Positions 32,083 through 41,695 of a stretch of DNA of 64,000 bases are shown in pieces. This DNA comes from an uncultured Bacteroidota bacterium (GTDB lineage: Bacteria; Bacteroidota; Bacteroidia; JABEUT01): positions 12,589 through 76,588 of the forward strand of contig CAIWVW010000143.1 in the NCBI GenBank assembly GCA_903916255.1, given 5' to 3'. The notes beneath the pieces were generated by a model. The model saw only the letters and a program-made list of their open reading frames with translations, was not told where the DNA came from and did no database searches. The position numbers and the translations under genes were made by a program. Within the stretch, counting starts at the first letter, position 1. The number at the start of each line of letters is the position of its first letter.

Positions 32083-32586
32083 TTAATCTTTTAAAATTAC
32101 CGATTCTTTGCCTTTCGTTTTTAAATTTACCTGTATATGTTCCTGCAAGGTGGTTGCAATAGATAGGCCCGTATAGTCTGACTTAATGGGGAACAACGTA
32201 TGATTGCGGTCAACCAGCACAGCTATCCGTAAACGCCTAACCGGAAACTGCAAAATAGTTTTCATACAATAGGAAAGCATTTGTCCGGTATTTAAAACGT
32301 CATCCACAAGGATAACGGTCTTCCCCGCAAGGTTCACGTTACTATCTAATTTAATAGCGCCTTCGCCGGTTAATTTATTTCTATCCACAGTTACCTTCAT
32401 CATTGTAGTTTTTAAAGGCGATATTTTTTTCAGTACTGTTTCCAGTTTTTGGGCCAGTTCATATCCGCCGGAAACGGTACCTGCCAGAACAACCTCCTTT
32501 TCCGAGGCATTTTCCTCGTATATCTCATATGCAATACGTGTTATCTTTTTATTTATCTGGGCAGCATTCAATATTGAAGTCTCCAT
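32083..32586 (-). CDS. pyrR: PyrR-like phosphoribosyltransferase (bifunctional pyr regulator/UPRTase family)
   Basis: 167 aa. PRPP-binding motif VILVDDVLNTGQML. LAVLVDRNHTLFPIKSDYTG matches the PyrR C-terminal region. Confidence 0.65.
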   Translation of the reverse strand: METSILNAAQINKKITRIAYEIYEENASEKEVVLAGTVSGGYELAQKLETVLKKISPLKTTMMKVTVDRNKLTGEGAIKLDSNVNLAGKTVILVDDVLNTGQMLSYCMKTILQFPVRRLRIAVLVDRNHTLFPIKSDYTGLSIATTLQEHIQVNLKTKGKESVILKD

Positions 32587-32674
32587 TTTCCTTAATTTTT
32601 GCCAAAGGTAAAAAACAAGGGGGAAATAAAGGCTAAAAGAGGGTTTAAAATTGAGAATTAAGGGCTAATATTCC

Positions 32675-33811
32675 TTACGGTTCAGTTTTAACCGCCTCAA
32701 ACCGGTTTTTAAGCCTGAGGAATGGGCTTTCAAAGAAGCGGAACGAAATAACTGAAACTATAATGGTGAATCCAAAAGTCAGCAGGAAATAGACTATATT
32801 CATGTATATGCCCGATAGGTCGTGGCCAAATATTTTTTCGGTAAGGGTGAGGCATAAAATCCTGAATATGGCGCCATATAAATACATTCCATAGGATATT
32901 TTACCCAGGTAATTCATCCATTTATAATTAAGCCTTAAAATAGATTTGGGATTAGCCGCAAGGTTAATAATAACGAAACAGAACAACACCGAATAAAACT
33001 CAAATTCAATGTAGGGAATTCGGACATTCAAGCATACAAGCAAAAGTATAAGCATATAAACAGCCCACTGAATATCGCGCCTGAACAGGAAAGGAAGGAT
33101 TTTCTTTTTATCGGAAACCACCAGCGAAGCACCTATGCCGCCTATAGCCATACAACTTAACCGGTAGAAAGAAATTATTTTTTGAAAATGCCTGAACCAA
33201 GGAGAAAGGTGCAGTACCCGGCACATCACAAAGTAACCGTTGCGGAACAATATCACTGCTACTGTAATAATTATAAATAGTTGTATATATTTTTTGGTTC
33301 TTTTTAATATTAACGGTTCAAAAATATAGAACACCTCCTCTACCCTCACCGACCAGGTAGCTCCTATTGCACGCATTTTCATTCCATAGGGTGGCAAAAA
33401 GAGTATACACAGAATAAAGTCGAAATATTTATAGGGCGAATCAAGCTGCAATTCATCAATCCCCCATAATCTCCCTAAGTATGGAAACAGGAAAAAACCC
33501 AACAGGATAATAAGGAAATAGAGCGGCCATATCCTTAAACACCTGCGGGTATAATATTTCCGGATGTTAATGTTGCCTGTATCTTCTTTTTCCTTCAGCA
33601 ATAAATAACCTATAAGGAAACCGCTTAATACAAAAAATAATGAAACATCCACTCCGCCAAGGGGCAGGTAGTGTTTCACCCAGGCAATCGGCTCCTTTCC
33701 GCTGGTCACCTTCAATTCTTCCATATGAAGGACAAGGATAATAAATGAACCAACAAACCTCAGCCCATCGAGGTTTGGGAAATGCACTTTGCCTTTTACC
33801 GGTTCATTCAT
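32675..33811 (-). CDS. Membrane O-acyltransferase, acyltransferase family 3 (OafA/NolL-like). Cluster paralog 1.
   Basis: 378 aa, about 10 TM. N-terminal NLDGLRFVGSFIILVLH matches the acyltransferase-3 signature. Paralogous to 41696..42865. Confidence 0.8.
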   Translation of the reverse strand: MNEPVKGKVHFPNLDGLRFVGSFIILVLHMEELKVTSGKEPIAWVKHYLPLGGVDVSLFFVLSGFLIGYLLLKEKEDTGNINIRKYYTRRCLRIWPLYFLIILLGFFLFPYLGRLWGIDELQLDSPYKYFDFILCILFLPPYGMKMRAIGATWSVRVEEVFYIFEPLILKRTKKYIQLFIIITVAVILFRNGYFVMCRVLHLSPWFRHFQKIISFYRLSCMAIGGIGASLVVSDKKKILPFLFRRDIQWAVYMLILLLVCLNVRIPYIEFEFYSVLFCFVIINLAANPKSILRLNYKWMNYLGKISYGMYLYGAIFRILCLTLTEKIFGHDLSGIYMNIVYFLLTFGFTIIVSVISFRFFESPFLRLKNRFEAVKTEP

Positions 33812-33839
33812 ACCTTGACAAAACTACTAAAAACAGTAA

Positions 33840-34931
33840 ATGCAAGCCGAAGAAGTGAATATGAATATATTTGTCGCGTTATTTTCAATAATGCAACCAA
33901 GCAAACCTATTTCGGCGGAAGAAATAAAAAAGATTGGCTCCATACCTATGAACTTTGTGGTAGGTAAGGAACGTTCAGGCACTACCCTATTGCAGGTAAT
34001 GTTGAATACACACCCTAACATTATTGCTCCGCCTGAAACAAGGTTCCTCATGCTGCTTTCATCACGTTACGGCAAAGTAAAAAAATGGACCGAGCCTATA
34101 ATAACGAATTTCTGCAATGACCTTTTCCGGGAGAAATTATTTTCTAACTTCTGGAAAGTGAATAAAGAAGAATTGCGCAGGTATTGTATGGCAGCAAAGG
34201 ATTTTATAACCTATCCGCTTATATGCAAAATAGTTTTTTACCTTGAAAATCCGCAAAAAACGGTTCAGTTATTTTTTGATAAAAATCCTATTTATTATTA
34301 TTTTCTGCCGGAGCTGAATGAACTGTTTCCTGAAGCAAAATATATCCACATTGTACGTGATTACAGGGCAAATATTGTGAGCCACCGCCATGTATTTACC
34401 ATTAAACAAAGCGCCGATATTTCTTTCAGATGGACCAAAGTGAACCAGCTTATTGAAAAAGCCAAAAGCATATATCCGCAAAAATTCTTCACGCTGAAAT
34501 ATGAAGCGCTGGTGAGTGATACCGCCAATAGTCTGCAAGAAGTTTGTACTTTTTTAGGAGTGCCTTTTGAAGAAAAAATGGCTGCGGAACATACTTCCGG
34601 CATTTACGATACATTCAATTCTAACATAAAAGAAGGATTCCGTAAAATTCATGGCAATGTTTTCAAGCCGATCACTTCATCCTATGTGGATGAATGGAGA
34701 ACAACGCTTACCCCGGAAGATATTTATACGGCTGAAAGCGTAGCAGGAAAATATGCCGAAAAAATGTATGATTACGAAATGACCATGCCTGAAAAATCAG
34801 CATCCATAGGCTCTTCGGTCACTACTAAAATGAAATTGAAATACTTTATAATCCGGAAAATATACCGGGTAGCATTGAAAAATCCCTGGCTTTATTTTAA
34901 AATTCGGACCTATGTCTGGAGGTCGTTTTAG
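33840..34931 (+). CDS. PAPS-dependent sulfotransferase (Sulfotransfer_3-like). Cluster paralog 1.
   Basis: 363 aa. 5'-phosphosulfate-binding loop GKERSGTTLL. 3'-phosphate motif HIVRDYRANIVS. Paralogous to 40510..41679. Confidence 0.75.
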   Translation: MQAEEVNMNIFVALFSIMQPSKPISAEEIKKIGSIPMNFVVGKERSGTTLLQVMLNTHPNIIAPPETRFLMLLSSRYGKVKKWTEPIITNFCNDLFREKLFSNFWKVNKEELRRYCMAAKDFITYPLICKIVFYLENPQKTVQLFFDKNPIYYYFLPELNELFPEAKYIHIVRDYRANIVSHRHVFTIKQSADISFRWTKVNQLIEKAKSIYPQKFFTLKYEALVSDTANSLQEVCTFLGVPFEEKMAAEHTSGIYDTFNSNIKEGFRKIHGNVFKPITSSYVDEWRTTLTPEDIYTAESVAGKYAEKMYDYEMTMPEKSASIGSSVTTKMKLKYFIIRKIYRVALKNPWLYFKIRTYVWRSF

Positions 34932-35686
34932 CCAATCCTGAAAAGGTTATATACCGGTTTCATCACATAAATTACACCCAAAATAAAACCAAATAAAATG
35001 GTTTTTACAAACACGGGCATTTTGGCAATCACATTAATTTTATGATACAGATATGAAACATGCCTTGTGAGTATAAAAGCGCAAACTAAATTCTTTTGCT
35101 TTAAAAATTCGGGCCTGATAAAATCCATAATAATAACGATGCGCCGCTTGTCCGTATCGTTCCAGGCACCATGTTTGTATGCATCATTAAATATTATCCA
35201 CTTGCCTTCTTCCCAGTTTTTCTTTTCAGCATTCACAATAAGCCCGCAATCGGGGAGCTTACCGGGTATTTCAACGCCAAGATGGCAACGGAGCATCGCG
35301 TTGGTATCTCCGGTATGTTCCGCTAATGTAGAATGTGGCGCCAATTGACTGATTGAAAGTGAAACATAACCGGGAACTTGCTTTAGGTAAGCAGCCGTTT
35401 TAGGACACTTCTTTTTAAATTCATTGGAAAGTTTCAGGCCCCAAAAAAGGAAGACAATAACACTCCATCCATTATTAATATCGATGTTTTCATATACGGC
35501 CTTATTAGAAAGGAATTTACTATCCTTTTCCTTTACAAAAGAGGCAACCTCCCCTTTCAGTTCATCCCACTGATTTTCTATTTCAACAAGTGGTTGATAG
35601 TGCTTAGTATCGTAGAACCAAGGCTCATTTCCGGGATAGGGGCGCATGCTGGATGCATACCAAATATGGTTCTTATTCTCCGGCAT
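34928..35686 (-). CDS. Aspartyl/asparaginyl beta-hydroxylase-family Fe(II)/2OG oxygenase (LpxO/OlsC-like) with C-terminal membrane anchor
   Basis: 252 aa. HSTLAEHTGDTNAMLRCHLGVEIP...WEEGKWIIFNDAYKHGAWNDTDKRRIVIIMDF matches the Asp_Arg_Hydrox pattern. Hydrophobic C-terminal helix. Overlaps the sulfotransferase stop by 4 bp on the opposite strand. Confidence 0.65.
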   Translation of the reverse strand: MPENKNHIWYASSMRPYPGNEPWFYDTKHYQPLVEIENQWDELKGEVASFVKEKDSKFLSNKAVYENIDINNGWSVIVFLFWGLKLSNEFKKKCPKTAAYLKQVPGYVSLSISQLAPHSTLAEHTGDTNAMLRCHLGVEIPGKLPDCGLIVNAEKKNWEEGKWIIFNDAYKHGAWNDTDKRRIVIIMDFIRPEFLKQKNLVCAFILTRHVSYLYHKINVIAKMPVFVKTILFGFILGVIYVMKPVYNLFRIG

Positions 35687-35692
35687 ATGTTT

Positions 35693-36787
35693 TTATGCAG
35701 GATTCGGTTTAGCTTTCAGTACTTGCTCTTTTTCCGATTTTTCTTTCATGTAATTTTTCAGCTCGCCTGCTTCAGCCAGGTGAATGAGATTACTGTCTTT
35801 TTTGAGCAGTTTATAATACTTCCAGATAGGTGGATGGAAAGCGCACATATCCAAAAACATATAAAAAGGAGTCAGCTTTAAAGCGTATAACGGCGCGGCC
35901 CAGCGATAGCCCATACCAATGGCATCGGTCGGGTTTTTAATAGCATGCCAGTAGTGAGGGGGATTCCAAAGAATATCACCCGGTTTCAGGTCAGCTGAAT
36001 ATCCGTCGATATATTTATACAATTCATACGGAGGGCTGTAATCAGGGGCAAAGGGGTCGAATGGCAAACCGTTCTTACGGTTAGGAGCATTGCGGTAAAT
36101 ATTCCGAACCGGATTCGGGTCAATAACCATGGTATAATACTGGGGGTATAAAATCCAATTCTTTTCTCCCCACACCTGTATGAAAAGATTTGGCGGATTA
36201 GCATTGTGCAGAAAAGAGCCACCTCCCTTACCACCAATGAAAACCTGAAAACAATCGAAAAAAGAAAACTTGTTTATTTTATCATGCAGCCATTTATAAT
36301 CCACGTCCTTAATATGCTCGGGATGCTTATCCAGCAAAGGATAAAAACGAAAATATTTCCCGCCACCAGCCTGTATATTCTCAATAACTTCGCGCAAGGT
36401 GCTGGCTTCATAATTTTTCATATTTTCCTGTGTAGCCATAAGGGCCTCATCATCTCCATGAAGTTCCTTGAAATAATCCAGCGACCATTTTTTCACACAA
36501 TCCCAATCTTTGGCTGCGCCATCAAAAATTACCGGAATGCCTTTCTTTACATAATAATTCAGGAACTCTTCTTTGGTTAAATCAGAACGCCTTTCCATCG
36601 GAATAATTTTTCCTTCGCCGCTTGCTTTAAGGGTTTTTGTAAGGTTCTGATAAAATCTCCTCCTGCGTTTGCCAAGCACTTTGAAAACCCTGTCTCTGCC
36701 GAAAAAATGGTCCATAAACTGGTAAAACCCATATTCCAGCCGCTGACTTGCTTTAATGTTTCTTCTGAATGGAGTTGCTCTACTCAT
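35693..36787 (-). CDS. Cupin_8/JmjC-like oxygenase homologue, paralog P1. Metal motif HNA...H, with the carboxylate replaced by Ala.
   Basis: 364 aa. Cupin_8-type N-terminus (KKGIPVIFDGAAKDWDCVKKWSLDYFKELHGDDE). The codons cac-aat-gct (H-N-A) were read directly as the complement of 36200-36208. Distal His in YWHAIKN. Lys-rich C-terminal tail. Confidence 0.7.
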   Translation of the reverse strand: MSRATPFRRNIKASQRLEYGFYQFMDHFFGRDRVFKVLGKRRRRFYQNLTKTLKASGEGKIIPMERRSDLTKEEFLNYYVKKGIPVIFDGAAKDWDCVKKWSLDYFKELHGDDEALMATQENMKNYEASTLREVIENIQAGGGKYFRFYPLLDKHPEHIKDVDYKWLHDKINKFSFFDCFQVFIGGKGGGSFLHNANPPNLFIQVWGEKNWILYPQYYTMVIDPNPVRNIYRNAPNRKNGLPFDPFAPDYSPPYELYKYIDGYSADLKPGDILWNPPHYWHAIKNPTDAIGMGYRWAAPLYALKLTPFYMFLDMCAFHPPIWKYYKLLKKDSNLIHLAEAGELKNYMKEKSEKEQVLKAKPNPA

Positions 36788-36806
36788 GATTTACTTTTAT
36801 AAAATA

Positions 36807-37895
36807 TTAAACAGAACTAACTTCTAAGTTTTTAATTTTTTGCTGTTTTTCCTGTTCTTCCTTTTCTTTCAGATAGCCGTCCAACTTGCCCGATTCGGCC
36901 AAGCGAACAAGGTTAGTATCTTCAATATATAATTTGGCCGATTTGAATATAGATGGGTTCCTCACGAACAAGTCCAGGAAGGCATACAGGGGCGCTAATT
37001 TCAACGCGTATGGATATGCTACCCAACGATATCCCACACTAATGGAATCAGTTGTATTTTCTACCGTGTGCCACGAAAAATTCGGGTTAAATAGAATATC
37101 ACCGGGTTTCAAGTCGGTTTCCAGCCAGTTGATATATTGGTATTCGGGATAGGTTTCAAAATCGGGCTTAAACGGATTAAAAAGTTCATTGCCTTTCACA
37201 GCAGGGCTTCGGTATAAGTGTTTTGCCGGGTCGGGATTAAGAACCATTGTATAATATTTCGGGTAAATAATCCATTTTTTTTCGCCATATACCTGAACAA
37301 AAAGATTGCACTGATTTTCCATATGAATAGGCGTAACCGAATTCATGCCGCCAATAAATACTTGCCATGCCTCAAACCATGTGTAAGGGTTTCTGCGCTC
37401 CAGCAGCCATTTGTAATCGAAATCTTTAATGTGCTCGGGGTGCCTGAACAGCAATGGATAGAAACGGTAATACTTTCCGCCACCCGAACGGATATTATCG
37501 ATTACTTCGCCCAGCGTAGTTGTTTCATAAAGTTCCTTTAGCTTATGGTTGGTAAGCGCAATTACGTCATTCCCGTGAAGTTCTTTAAAATATTCGGGAG
37601 ACCATTTCTTTACACAATCCCAATCATTGGCAGCGCCTTCCATAACAACAGGAATTCCTTTGGCCCGATAGTGGTTTTTAAATTCTTCCAGGCTCAGGTT
37701 TTTTCTTCGTTCCACCTGTATTGCATTTCCGCGGCCATTTTTTATCAAGTCGGCCATTAATTTTTCACGGGCGGCTTTCCGGCGTTTTCCCAAAATCATG
37801 TTTACCCTGCCTTTACCCAAAAACTGGTCGAGAAACTGAAAGACTCCGTATTCGAAGCTTTTAGGCGTAATAATATTTTTTTTAGGGTCAATCAT
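36807..37895 (-). CDS. Cupin_8/JmjC-like Fe(II)/2OG oxygenase, paralog P2. Canonical HxE...H.
   Basis: 362 aa. The PIHMENQCNLF codons were confirmed in the DNA (about 37318-37340). Distal His in SWHTVEN. Lys-rich tail. Confidence 0.7.
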   Translation of the reverse strand: MIDPKKNIITPKSFEYGVFQFLDQFLGKGRVNMILGKRRKAAREKLMADLIKNGRGNAIQVERRKNLSLEEFKNHYRAKGIPVVMEGAANDWDCVKKWSPEYFKELHGNDVIALTNHKLKELYETTTLGEVIDNIRSGGGKYYRFYPLLFRHPEHIKDFDYKWLLERRNPYTWFEAWQVFIGGMNSVTPIHMENQCNLFVQVYGEKKWIIYPKYYTMVLNPDPAKHLYRSPAVKGNELFNPFKPDFETYPEYQYINWLETDLKPGDILFNPNFSWHTVENTTDSISVGYRWVAYPYALKLAPLYAFLDLFVRNPSIFKSAKLYIEDTNLVRLAESGKLDGYLKEKEEQEKQQKIKNLEVSSV

Positions 37896-37903
37896 TACTT
37901 CCG

Positions 37904-38995
37904 CTATTTCATCGTTTCGGTTACCTTCACTTTAGGAATTACTATACGTCCTTCAGACTCTTTGCGGTATTTATCCAGTTTGCCCCGCTGGGCAATTAAA
38001 AGCACATTAATATCCTCTTTAAACAATTTAATAACCTTCCAAATGGGGGGTTTGGTTGAAACAAAATCGAGGAACATATAAAGCGGAGCGGTTCTAAACC
38101 CTACAAAAAGATTGAACCAGCGATAGCCCACACCTATCGAATTGCTGGTATTTACAACAGTATGCCAATAGAAGGTTGGGACCCACAATACATCGCCGGG
38201 TTTTAAAATAGTTTCGTAATGGTCGATATACTTGTATAATTCATAAGGTGCATCGTACTTGGGATTGAACGGATTAAATCCGCCACGCTCGGGTGTTACC
38301 TGCACGCTGCGGTAAGCAAAACGCACAGGCTTCGGGTCAAGTATAGAAGTATAATAGGGTGGGTATAAAATCCATTTCTTTTCACCGTAAGTTTGAACGA
38401 ATAAATTGCCGCGGTTTTCAATATGCAGGCCTGTTGTCGTATCCTTTCCGCCCATCATTACGCGGAACTCTTCTATCAGGGTATTTTTATTTCTTCTTTC
38501 GCGAAGCCAGCCGTAGTCAAAATCCTTTATATGTTCAGGATGCCTGCTAAGTAATGGATAAAAACGGTAATATTTTTTTCCGCCACCCTGAATATTATCC
38601 ATGATATCGGCAAGGGTCATTATTTCAAAGTTCTTTTTGTCTTTATCGTCCAGCATGGCCACTTCATCGGTTCCATGCAAATCTTTAAAATACTCGAAAG
38701 ACCATTTCTTTACACAATCCCAATCATTGGCAGCCCCTTCCATAATAACAGGGATGCCCTTTTTAAGGTAATTCTTACGAAAATCTTTTAATGAGAGGTC
38801 AGTCCTGCGTTCTATTTCAATAGCCTTTCCATCACCACTCTTTCGGAGTGTTTCTTGCAGCCGCTTATAGAAATTCTTTCTGCGACCACCTAAAAGCTTA
38901 ACCATACGTTCACGACCAAAGAATTGGTCAAGGACCTGATAAACGCCATATTCGAATCGCTGGCCAGGCTTAATATTTCTTTTGTAGGTTTCCAC
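37904..38995 (-). CDS. Cupin_8/JmjC-like Fe(II)/2OG oxygenase, paralog P3. Canonical HxE...H.
   Basis: 363 aa. GLHIENRGNLF. YWHTVVN. Confidence 0.7.
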   Translation of the reverse strand: METYKRNIKPGQRFEYGVYQVLDQFFGRERMVKLLGGRRKNFYKRLQETLRKSGDGKAIEIERRTDLSLKDFRKNYLKKGIPVIMEGAANDWDCVKKWSFEYFKDLHGTDEVAMLDDKDKKNFEIMTLADIMDNIQGGGKKYYRFYPLLSRHPEHIKDFDYGWLRERRNKNTLIEEFRVMMGGKDTTTGLHIENRGNLFVQTYGEKKWILYPPYYTSILDPKPVRFAYRSVQVTPERGGFNPFNPKYDAPYELYKYIDHYETILKPGDVLWVPTFYWHTVVNTSNSIGVGYRWFNLFVGFRTAPLYMFLDFVSTKPPIWKVIKLFKEDINVLLIAQRGKLDKYRKESEGRIVIPKVKVTETMK

Positions 38996-39132
38996 TATCC
39001 TTGCCCTGTTTTACCTGCAAATATAGGAATTATTGGGTTTAGAGCCATCTGCTTACGGTGTAAGTTGATTATTTTATAGTTTTACCGACAATAAGCAGGA
39101 AAGTTAAATATTTCAAGGGTTTTGAAACAAAA

Positions 39133-40464
39133 ATGAGGTTTTTAGCAAATATTATTTCGAAATTCTTCAAAAGCGAGGAAGACCGGAAAAGATTGTATAA
39201 AATAGTTATACCATCTTTCATCATACACTTTTTCGCAGCCATACTCGCACTTACCTTTATGTTCATAATGACGCGGAGCCTTGGTTCAAAGCGTTATGGG
39301 CTGTTTACATATTCTTTCAGCATTGTTTTTATCATTGTTAATCTTGCCACCTATGGTATTTGCGTATTGGCCGTAAGGGAAACCCCTTCTTTACTGGCCA
39401 AAGGTAAAAAGGCACTTTGGAAAGGGTTGCACAAATGGTCGGTTAAGTTATTGGTGCTGATTTCCATGGCATTTGCGTTAGCAGTTGCCACTTTTATCAC
39501 AATTTCAACATTTTACCTGCATATTCTGAAAGAAACAGCCTATACCATCCCCTTGCTTTTGGCATTGTTAACTGTACCGTTTTATGGGTTAATGAATTAC
39601 TATGCTTCTATCCTTCGCGGACAGCAAAAAATTGTGCTTTCCTTATTGCCCGACAATATTGTAAAACCGGTTATTTTCCTGTCATCCATCGGGTTAATAT
39701 ATGCCATTACCCGGAAATTTACGCTGCCCGATGCTATCTTAATGAATGCCCTGTCGTTTGCCGGAGCAGCCGTTTTCGCCATGGTAGTATTTTATAAAAC
39801 CACCCTGCTGAAAGATACCGTTGCAGAATATGATAAACCACATTGGAGAAACTCCCTGAAACCTTTCTTTTTGTTTATGATTATAACCAGCATCAATTCA
39901 CGGATGGATATTCTTATGCTGGGTTTTTTAAAGGAATCTTCGCAGGTTGGTATTTACAGCGTGGCGGATATGATAGGCTCAAAGGTGACTTTATTTTTAC
40001 TGATAATGAACCAGGTTACAGCAGCCTCCATAGCCCGGATGCACAGCATGGATGAAAAAGAGAAGTTGCAAGACTTGGTTACCAAAACCAGCCGCTGGGT
40101 ATTTATCATTACTTTGCCAGTATTCCTTTTTATTGTAGTTTTCCGCAAATGGATAATGGCCTACTTTGGCGCTGATTTCGACAGCGGGCAAACAGCTTTG
40201 CTTATTATAGCCAGCGGACAAATAATTAATATCGCGTTCGGGCCGGTGGGCAATTTTGCTTTGATGACGGGCAATCAGCGGTATCCTATTATTTTCACTT
40301 CCATTAATATCGTTATTAATCTAACCCTGAATCTTATTCTTACCCCTACGTTGGGTATAAACGGAACAGCCATTGCAACAACTTGTGCCATAGTTACATG
40401 GAACACCGGTATGTTTTTAACCATACGCAAGAAAACGGGTATTCGCACCTGGATTTTCGGATAG
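39133..40464 (+). CDS. MOP-superfamily flippase (Wzx/polysaccharide-biosynthesis-protein-like, 12-14 TM)
   Basis: 443 aa, entirely polytopic. Its length and topology fit Wzx/MATE-like exporters. Confidence 0.55.
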   Translation: MRFLANIISKFFKSEEDRKRLYKIVIPSFIIHFFAAILALTFMFIMTRSLGSKRYGLFTYSFSIVFIIVNLATYGICVLAVRETPSLLAKGKKALWKGLHKWSVKLLVLISMAFALAVATFITISTFYLHILKETAYTIPLLLALLTVPFYGLMNYYASILRGQQKIVLSLLPDNIVKPVIFLSSIGLIYAITRKFTLPDAILMNALSFAGAAVFAMVVFYKTTLLKDTVAEYDKPHWRNSLKPFFLFMIITSINSRMDILMLGFLKESSQVGIYSVADMIGSKVTLFLLIMNQVTAASIARMHSMDEKEKLQDLVTKTSRWVFIITLPVFLFIVVFRKWIMAYFGADFDSGQTALLIIASGQIINIAFGPVGNFALMTGNQRYPIIFTSINIVINLTLNLILTPTLGINGTAIATTCAIVTWNTGMFLTIRKKTGIRTWIFG

Positions 40465-40509
40465 TAAATTTGCGGGATGCAATTTGCGGAACTGATTCCG
40501 GTGTAACAA

Positions 40510-41679
40510 TTGAAATCACTCAATTCAGGATTTTGTATTATGTTTGAATGGTTATTACTATTTCATCTTTTTCAACCTATGAGCGAAACACCTAATACAT
40601 ATCCTACTAAGCCTCTTACTGCAGCCGACATTGAGTATATTAAAACTATACCCATGATATTTATTTTAGGAAGGGAACGCTCGGGAACCTCATTGCTTCA
40701 GAACCTGCTCGATTCGCATCCCAATATTATAGGGCCGCCCGAATCAAAAATCATTGCAGTGCTTGCTCCTAAATTCGCCCCTATTAAAAGATGGACAGAA
40801 GCCAATATCCGCGAATTTGCCGAATTGCTATACATCGAACCTATGTTCACCAATTTCTGGCACTTGGATAAAGAACAACTTACAAAAAACCTTTTATTGG
40901 CCAAGGATAGCGCTACTTATGAACTCTTATGCAAGATAGTTTATTATCACCTTCGTAAAGACAAGGAAAAAATCATTCTTATTTCCGATAAAAACCCAAG
41001 TTATATTCTTCATATAAATACATTGCTGGATATATTTCCAGACACCAAGTTTGTACATATTATTCGGGAACCACGCGATAATATTTACAGCCAGATGAAG
41101 GCTTTCAACGCAAAGAATACCATTTTCAGTGCACAAAAGTGGTTGGGATTTAACCAGCTTGTCGAAAGAAAAAAGAAAAAGATGCCGGAAAAGTTTTACA
41201 CCATTATTTATGAAAATATGGTGACTGAAACAGAAGACATCATGAAAGGATTGTGTGCATTTTTAAAGGTTCCTTATAGCGAAGCTATGATTCAAAATGT
41301 TTTTCCGGAATGGCTCAGCGCCCATTTGGAACGTAAAGGCAATGTAGACAGGAAAAACATGGTTCATACCGGGTTATTGGCCCCCATCAACACATCAAAT
41401 GTAGGCAAGTGGAAAAATAAATTAAGCGCCTATGACCAGGCGGCAACAGAAGCCATAACAGCCGATTTCGCAAAAAAGACGTATGGATATGATATTTCGA
41501 TTGACCCGAATTCTAAAATCAAAATATCAGGATTTAAAATTTTAAAAGGCAAGTGTCTTTATTATCTCTGGCAGGCATTTACACAGGCCAGGTATAAATC
41601 GTTTGCGTTTAATTTAATGTATTCGAAAAGAAAACAAAAGAAGAAAGGGAAGGATTTACCTATGTGGGAATATTTTTAA
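40510..41679 (+). CDS. PAPS-dependent sulfotransferase. Cluster paralog 2.
   Basis: 389 aa. GRERSGTSLL and HIIREPRDNIYS motifs. About 45% identical to the 33840..34931 product over the core. Confidence 0.75.
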   Translation: MKSLNSGFCIMFEWLLLFHLFQPMSETPNTYPTKPLTAADIEYIKTIPMIFILGRERSGTSLLQNLLDSHPNIIGPPESKIIAVLAPKFAPIKRWTEANIREFAELLYIEPMFTNFWHLDKEQLTKNLLLAKDSATYELLCKIVYYHLRKDKEKIILISDKNPSYILHINTLLDIFPDTKFVHIIREPRDNIYSQMKAFNAKNTIFSAQKWLGFNQLVERKKKKMPEKFYTIIYENMVTETEDIMKGLCAFLKVPYSEAMIQNVFPEWLSAHLERKGNVDRKNMVHTGLLAPINTSNVGKWKNKLSAYDQAATEAITADFAKKTYGYDISIDPNSKIKISGFKILKGKCLYYLWQAFTQARYKSFAFNLMYSKRKQKKKGKDLPMWEYF

Positions 41680-41695
41680 AAAAATACTCCTTGTT

